32,000 nucleotides of DNA from Candidatus Nitrosopumilus koreensis AR1. Lineage in GTDB: Archaea > Thermoproteota > Nitrososphaeria > Nitrososphaerales > Nitrosopumilaceae. The notes under the pieces are model-generated. The model was not told where the DNA came from. It searched no databases and was given only the letters and a program-made list of their open reading frames with translations. The translations under genes and the position numbers were made by a program. Positions 27,153 through 32,000 of the stretch are shown piece after piece (position 1 is the first letter of the stretch; every line of letters begins with the position of its first letter). Location of the stretch: assembly GCF_000299365.1 (NCBI RefSeq), contig NC_018655.1, positions 60,001 through 92,000 of the forward strand. The letters run 5' to 3'.

Positions 27153-28067
27153 ATGAAAAAAGGAAACATCAATCGTCCAAAATTGCTTATTCTAGGAGGA
27201 ACTGGGCTTGTTGGAAGTACATTGGCATCATATGCTCAAAAGATTTTTGATATACATTTGACTTATTGTACAAATTTACCTCTTTCTACTTTATCTTCTA
27301 CAAAAATTTCCTTACCTGATGAATTATCAAAACTTGAAAATTTGATTGTTCAATATGATCCTGATGTTATTGTTCATACAGTTTCTCATCCAAGTGTAGA
27401 TTGGTGTCAAGAAAATCGTGACCTGGCAAATTTTCTTCATGTAAATCTTACAGAAAATATTGCTAAATTTGCTAGTAAAATCAATTCAACTTTAATTTAT
27501 TTGTCTACTGATTGGGTTTTTGATGGAACAAGAAATAACAAATATACTGAAAATGATTCTACCAACCCCATTAATCATTATGGAGTTACAAAACTTTTAG
27601 CTGAAAAAATAGTCTTAGACTATCCTCAAAATGTAGTTTTAAGACCTGCAGTAATTTATGGTTGGCATAAAAAATCTAGATTTACTAACTGGATCATAGA
27701 TACTCTCAAAGAAAAAAAATATGTTGATCCTCATGTAGATCAATATGCTACTCCAACTTTAGTGGATGATTTAGCACTTGCAATAATTAAAATCATTGAA
27801 AATAAATCATCTGGTTTATTCCATTCAACTGGCAAAAGTTGTGTTAATAGATTTGAATTTGCAACACAAATTGCTGAAATTTTTAATTTAGATACAAATT
27901 TGATTAAACCCGTGACTCAAAGTGAAAAACCACAAAAAGCTCCAAGGCCAAACCGTACATGTTTGGATTCAAGTAAATTAGAAAATTTAATAAATTTTAA
28001 TTTTCATGATATTACTTCTGGAATTGAGTTTATTTTTGAACAATCTCAAAAATCTAATTATGAGTAA
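27153..28067 (+). CDS. RmlD-like NDP-4-keto-6-deoxy-sugar reductase (SDR)
   Basis: 304 aa with GGTGLVGS, STDWVFDG and YGVTKLLAEK; RmlD substrate-binding-domain layout. Confidence 0.75.
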   Translation: MKKGNINRPKLLILGGTGLVGSTLASYAQKIFDIHLTYCTNLPLSTLSSTKISLPDELSKLENLIVQYDPDVIVHTVSHPSVDWCQENRDLANFLHVNLTENIAKFASKINSTLIYLSTDWVFDGTRNNKYTENDSTNPINHYGVTKLLAEKIVLDYPQNVVLRPAVIYGWHKKSRFTNWIIDTLKEKKYVDPHVDQYATPTLVDDLALAIIKIIENKSSGLFHSTGKSCVNRFEFATQIAEIFNLDTNLIKPVTQSEKPQKAPRPNRTCLDSSKLENLINFNFHDITSGIEFIFEQSQKSNYE

Positions 28068-28100
28068 ATTTGGATTTTTAGTTTCTATCATTTCTTCAAA

Positions 28101-28123
28101 AAGTACATAAGTTAAGTACATAA
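28101..28123. repeat. tandem direct repeat aagtacataa-gtt-aagtacataa immediately upstream of hddA
   Basis: Exact 10-bp copies at 28101-28110 and 28114-28123, ending 10 nt before the ATG at 28133. Confidence 0.9.
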
Positions 28124-28132
28124 TTTTTCTAT

Positions 28133-29161
28133 ATGATAGTTGGAATAACTCCTGTCAGAATTAGTTTTGCCGGCGGAGGTACTGATCTACCTGAATTCTA
28201 TAATGATTTTGAGGGTAATGTACTTACTACAACCATTGATCAATTTACTTATGTTATTTTTCAACATAGGAATGACACTTCATTTCAATCATTTTCTCCA
28301 GATTTTCAAAAACATTACAAAGCCACTGAACTAAAACAAATAGAAATTGAAGATGGAACTGAAATTGCTTCTTCAATAATAAAATTTTTAGATTACAATT
28401 ATGGTTCAAATATTACTGTTTGCAGTGATGCTCCACCAGGTTCTGGTTTAGGATCATCAAGTTCTTTAGCTGTTAATTTAGTAAATGTTATAACAAAACT
28501 TCAAAAGAAAAATTGGCAAAGCTCAGAAATAGCTGAAACTGCTTTTAAGATTGAACGGGAGATACTTCATTGGCCAATGGGAAAACAAGATGAATATGCA
28601 ACAGCATTTGGAGGTTTTAATTTTATAAAATTTACTTCAGAAAAAACAACTGTTTCGCCTATATCGTTATCTAACTCATTAAAAACTGAATTACAAAAAA
28701 ACTTGGTTTTATTTTTTGTTGGAAAGACACGAGAAAGCTCTCCCATTCTATCTAATCAAATCGAACGAATAAAACAAAAAAATCAAAATATTTTAAAATC
28801 GTTACAATATGTCAAAGATTTATCACTCGAAATGTGTGATTCCATTAAAAAATCCGATATTACAAAATTTGGAGAATTACTTCACAAAGGTTGGGAAGCA
28901 AAAAAACAATTTTCAGATGGTGTGTCTAATCAAAAAATTGATGATATCTATAATTCCGCTTTAAAATCAGGTGCGTTAGGAGGCAAACTAACTGGAGCCG
29001 GTGGTGGTGGTCATATGCTACTATATTGTGAATCGAGCAAGCAACCTTCTTTAATTAAAAAAATGAATTCCTTAGGTTTACAAAAAGTAAATTCTACATT
29101 TTATGATGATGGTCCTAAAATTCTAAACTTATATGACTTTGCTACTTCTGATAAAACATGA
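28133..29161 (+). CDS. hddA: GHMP sugar kinase, D-glycero-D-manno-heptose 7-phosphate kinase (HddA)-like
   Basis: 342 aa. N-terminal TPVRISFAGGGTDLPEFY and the GHMP motif PPGSGLGSSSSLAV. It overlaps the next gene by 4 nt (ATGA). Confidence 0.8.
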   Translation: MIVGITPVRISFAGGGTDLPEFYNDFEGNVLTTTIDQFTYVIFQHRNDTSFQSFSPDFQKHYKATELKQIEIEDGTEIASSIIKFLDYNYGSNITVCSDAPPGSGLGSSSSLAVNLVNVITKLQKKNWQSSEIAETAFKIEREILHWPMGKQDEYATAFGGFNFIKFTSEKTTVSPISLSNSLKTELQKNLVLFFVGKTRESSPILSNQIERIKQKNQNILKSLQYVKDLSLEMCDSIKKSDITKFGELLHKGWEAKKQFSDGVSNQKIDDIYNSALKSGALGGKLTGAGGGGHMLLYCESSKQPSLIKKMNSLGLQKVNSTFYDDGPKILNLYDFATSDKT

Positions 29162-29751
29162 CCACAGATAAAAATTTTTTAATTGATTTTCTAGATGCTC
29201 AATCAACATGCATTTCATCTTTATCCAAAAATGTTGATCAAATATCACAAATTGTTAAAATTCTTATTTCTGCACGAAATTCTAACAAAATTATTTTTAC
29301 TCTAGGTAATGGAGGTTCTGGTTCTACTGCATCTCACTTTGTTTCAGATTTATTAAAAACTGCTTTAACAAAAAATCAAAAACGATTCAAAGCAATTTCT
29401 CTTGTTGATAATATTCCGGTAATACTTGCATGGTCAAATGATGTTTCATATGATGAGATCTTTTCTGAGCAATTAAAAAATCACCTTTCAAAAGGTGACG
29501 TGGTACTTGCTTTTAGTGGTAGTGGAAGATCTAAAAATATCATAAAAGCCCTAAAATTTGCTAAAAAAAATGGTGCAATTTGTATTGGTATGACTGGTAG
29601 TTCTGGCGGTTTAATAAATAATGTATGTGATGTATGCATAAAAATTCCAAGTTCTGATATGTTAACTATTGAATCACAACATTTGACATTATGTCATTGC
29701 ATTACGAATGCTATTAGACATAAAGGTAAACCTGTTTTTAAATATGAATAA
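29158..29751 (+). CDS. gmhA: SIS-domain phosphoheptose (sedoheptulose-7-phosphate) isomerase
   Basis: 197 aa with GNGGSGSTASHFVSDL and SGSGRSKNI, typical of GmhA. Confidence 0.85.
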   Translation: MTTDKNFLIDFLDAQSTCISSLSKNVDQISQIVKILISARNSNKIIFTLGNGGSGSTASHFVSDLLKTALTKNQKRFKAISLVDNIPVILAWSNDVSYDEIFSEQLKNHLSKGDVVLAFSGSGRSKNIIKALKFAKKNGAICIGMTGSSGGLINNVCDVCIKIPSSDMLTIESQHLTLCHCITNAIRHKGKPVFKYE

Positions 29752-30235
29752 AAAAAAAGCAATTTTTTTAGATCGTGATGGAATTTTAAATCGAAACCGA
29801 GATGATTATGTCAAAGATATTTCTGAATTAGAAATTTTTCCCAATATTGAAAATTTTATTAAAAAATTACAAGCATCTGGGTTTTTGATAATTGTTGTAA
29901 GTAATCAATCTGCCATTAATAGAGGCTTAACTACACATAGTAATGTAGATGAAATACATGCTTCTATACAGGCTTATCTAAACAAATTTGGAGCAAATAT
30001 TGATAATTTTTATTATTGTCCTCACACTCCTGCCGAAAATTGTACATGTAGAAAGCCTAAACCTGGATTATTAATTAAAGCAATTGATGATTTTTCTATA
30101 GACCCTTTATCTAGTTGGATGGTGGGTGATAGAGATTCTGATGTTGATGCAGGTGAATCTGTTGGTTGTAAAACTATAAAGATTCAAGAAAATTCTTGTG
30201 ATTTTGAAAATATTCTTAAAACAATATTATCTTAA
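29744..30235 (+). CDS. gmhB: HAD-IIIA D,D-heptose 1,7-bisphosphate phosphatase
   Basis: The ATG at 29744 gives MNKKKAIFLDRDGILN (the DxDG nucleophile motif); SNQS, CxC...RKPKPG and GDRDSD follow. It overlaps the gmhA stop by 8 nt. The 29708 start in the ORF track is unlikely. Confidence 0.85.
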   Translation: MNKKKAIFLDRDGILNRNRDDYVKDISELEIFPNIENFIKKLQASGFLIIVVSNQSAINRGLTTHSNVDEIHASIQAYLNKFGANIDNFYYCPHTPAENCTCRKPKPGLLIKAIDDFSIDPLSSWMVGDRDSDVDAGESVGCKTIKIQENSCDFENILKTILS

Positions 30236-30281
30236 GAATTTTTTTCCAAACCTCAAAATACCTGAAAAAAAGTGAATTAAT

Positions 30282-31298
30282 ATGAATATTTTAGTTACTG
30301 GTGCAGGAGGCTATGTTGGATCTAATTTAATACCTGAACTTGTTAAAGATGGACACTTTGTCAAATGTCTTGATAGGTTCTTTTTTGGAAAAGATTTTCT
30401 GTTATCTTTCCAAGACACAAATCAAATCGAATTAATTCAAGATGATATACGTTGGTTTGATCCAAAAATTTTAGATGATGTTGACATTGTTTTTGACTTG
30501 GCTGCATTGTCAAATGATCCTGTTGGTGAATTGAACCCTGAGAAAACTTTTGAAATAAATCACTTAGGTAGAGTCCGAGTTGCAACTGAAAGTAAAAAAC
30601 ATGGTGTACCTAGATATATTCTTGCATCTAGTGCTAGTGTATATGGCCAACAAGATAATTTAGCAAATGAGGATGTAGAAGTTTTTCCAATAACTGCATA
30701 TTCCAAAGCTAATCATAAAGCGGAAATTGATGTCTTGAAATTATCTGATGAAAAATTTTGTGTTTCTGTAATGAGATTTGCTAGTCTTTATGGATTTTCT
30801 CCTCGTATGAGATTTGATATTTCAGTTAATAGTATGGTATTGGATCTTTTTAAAACTGGAAAAATTGTTGTTAGAGGAAAAAATAACAAACGACCGTTTT
30901 TGCATGTTCAAGATGCTGTTAATGCTTATAAATTAATTTTAAAAGCAGACACGGCCTCCATAAATGGCGAAATTTTCAATGTGGGAAATGAAGAACAAAA
31001 CTATTCCATTGGTCAATTAGCTGAATTGATAGCTCAATCTGTTGGAATAAAATATGAATTAGAATTAGGTGATAATAATGATCACCGATCTTATGCTGCA
31101 TCATTTGATAAAATCCGAAACACTTTAGGGTTCAAACCTGAAAAAAATATCTCATTTGGTGCAAATGAAATTTATGAAAAATTAAAAGCTGGTCAAATTA
31201 CTGATTCTACAAAAACCATTACTCTCAAATGGTATCAACATATTGAATCTGATCCAGAATTATCTAAAATTTTAAAAATAAATGGAAAGTTGCTCTGA
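30282..31298 (+). CDS. NAD-dependent NDP-sugar epimerase/reductase (extended SDR)
   Basis: 338 aa with TGAGGYVGS, SSASVYG and YSKANHKAE (YxxxK). It lacks the dehydratase Glu. Confidence 0.75.
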   Translation: MNILVTGAGGYVGSNLIPELVKDGHFVKCLDRFFFGKDFLLSFQDTNQIELIQDDIRWFDPKILDDVDIVFDLAALSNDPVGELNPEKTFEINHLGRVRVATESKKHGVPRYILASSASVYGQQDNLANEDVEVFPITAYSKANHKAEIDVLKLSDEKFCVSVMRFASLYGFSPRMRFDISVNSMVLDLFKTGKIVVRGKNNKRPFLHVQDAVNAYKLILKADTASINGEIFNVGNEEQNYSIGQLAELIAQSVGIKYELELGDNNDHRSYAASFDKIRNTLGFKPEKNISFGANEIYEKLKAGQITDSTKTITLKWYQHIESDPELSKILKINGKLL

Positions 31299-31303
31299 TT
31301 AAA

Positions 31304-31834
31304 TCAATCTTTAAAGTTTGTCCAATCTTTATCTTTTTGAGAAATTATTGATGGCGTCATTGGCCATTTAATATTGAACATTGGATCGTCCCATCTTATC
31401 CCATTTGCATTCTCTGGCATGTAATACTGTGACATTTGATAAAATAATTCTGTATTGTCTTCTAATGTTTGAAACCCTAATGCAAATCCTTCTGGTACAT
31501 ATAACTCAAAATTTTCTTCTGAACTTAATTCAACACTTCCCCATTTCTTGAATGTTTCAGAATTTTTTCTCAAATCAATAAACACTTCAAAGACTTTACC
31601 CTTCACACATTTTACAATTTTTGCTTCTTCATAAGGTGATTCTTGATAATGCATTCCACGTATTGTTCCTTTTTTAGAATTAAATGATATATTGCACTGA
31701 ACAATTTCTGGATTCAAATTATTTTTTAAAAACTCATTTTTATCCCAAGTCCTTGCAAAAAACCCTCTTTCATCTTCAATTTTTTCTATTTCAACGATGA
31801 ATACGCCTTTGATCTTTAACTCGTGGAATTTCAT
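31304..31834 (-). CDS. RmlC-like cupin NDP-4-keto-6-deoxy-sugar 3,5-epimerase
   Basis: From the ATG at 31834: MKFHELKIKGVFIVE..DERGFF...RGMHYQ..P..EAKIV.C..G.V.EV.IDLR, typical RmlC blocks. The 15 extra codons in the track ORF belong to the upstream gene's 3' end read in another frame. Confidence 0.85.
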   Translation of the reverse strand: MKFHELKIKGVFIVEIEKIEDERGFFARTWDKNEFLKNNLNPEIVQCNISFNSKKGTIRGMHYQESPYEEAKIVKCVKGKVFEVFIDLRKNSETFKKWGSVELSSEENFELYVPEGFALGFQTLEDNTELFYQMSQYYMPENANGIRWDDPMFNIKWPMTPSIISQKDKDWTNFKD

Positions 31835-32000
31835 AGGATGACAACCTCTGGAATTAATACAATAAATTTTGCCCCCCATGCTCGAATTTGTTTCATTTGC
31901 TCCATGATCTCTTCCTTAAAATTCCAAGCCAAAATCAATACGTAATCTGGTTTTTTTTCAAAAATTATGTCAATTGGATATACTGGAATATTTGTTCCTG
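31831..32000 (-). CDS. NDP-sugar C-methyltransferase (TylCIII-like, C-terminal Methyltransf_14 domain), 3' fragment; runs off the window end
   Basis: Manual translation of the minus strand gives ..GTNIPVYPIDIIFEKKPDYVLILAWNFKEEIMEQMKQIRAWGAKFIVLIPEVVIL then a stop. PDYVLILAWNFKEEI and GAKFIVLIP correspond to the family pattern PDY.lIL.WNf..EI and GGKFi.PiP as I recall it. The stop overlaps the RmlC-like ATG (ATGA). Confidence 0.75.
   Translation of the reverse strand, partial: GTNIPVYPIDIIFEKKPDYVLILAWNFKEEIMEQMKQIRAWGAKFIVLIPEVVIL

Noticed and set aside
31835-31879. 15-codon N-terminal extension of the RmlC-like ORF (MGGKIYCINSRGCHP)
   Set aside because: This stretch is the 3' end of the upstream C-methyltransferase (..WGAKFIVLIPEVVIL) read in another frame. 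The RmlC-like protein aligns from MKFHELKIKG at 31834.
1-32000. CRISPR arrays, rRNA or tRNA genes, and integrase or att sites bounding the glycan island
   Set aside because: I saw no regularly spaced direct repeats, no rRNA-like or cloverleaf-capable GC-rich segments and no integrase or recombinase ORF. Apart from tnpB, the island shows no mobility gene in this window.

Overview
AT-rich archaeal chromosome segment. The gene content and style (uL2, CDC48, Pelota, TrmB, a tetraether-synthase-type radical SAM enzyme, TATA boxes about 26-31 nt upstream of start codons suggesting leaderless mRNAs) fit a Nitrosopumilus-like thaumarchaeon best; that assignment is inference only. Positions 1-10.8 kb hold housekeeping genes: CDC48 N-terminus, rpl2, acylphosphatase, an NcsA/TtuA-type tRNA thiolase, an S2P protease, cutA, Pelota, yjbQ, a TrmB-DtxR regulator pair and a Tes/GDGT-MAS-like radical SAM enzyme. 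This block is interrupted at about 5.7-7.1 kb by a solo IS200/IS605-family tnpB element with an intact RuvC triad and a GC-richer 3' tail that could be its omega RNA. Positions 10.8-32 kb form one contiguous cell-surface glycan island that looks more AT-rich by eye. It encodes GT4, GT2 and GT-C glycosyltransferases, a Wzx-like flippase, a B12-radical-SAM/DegT/PseB-like amino-sugar module, a gmd-like/gmm/fcl fucose module, an hddA-gmhA-gmhB heptose module with RmlC/RmlD-like tailoring enzymes, and FkbM and C-methyltransferases. The most striking sequence-level observation is that six genes (pelota, tes, the GT-C enzyme and three GT2s) are disrupted at A/T homopolymers, and each is restored by adding exactly one base. 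That points to systematic homopolymer under-calling rather than six independent pseudogenes, but it needs read-level checking. I also found an unlisted 54-codon Cys-rich ORF with its own TATA box downstream of the DtxR gene. I found no rRNA, tRNA or CRISPR array.
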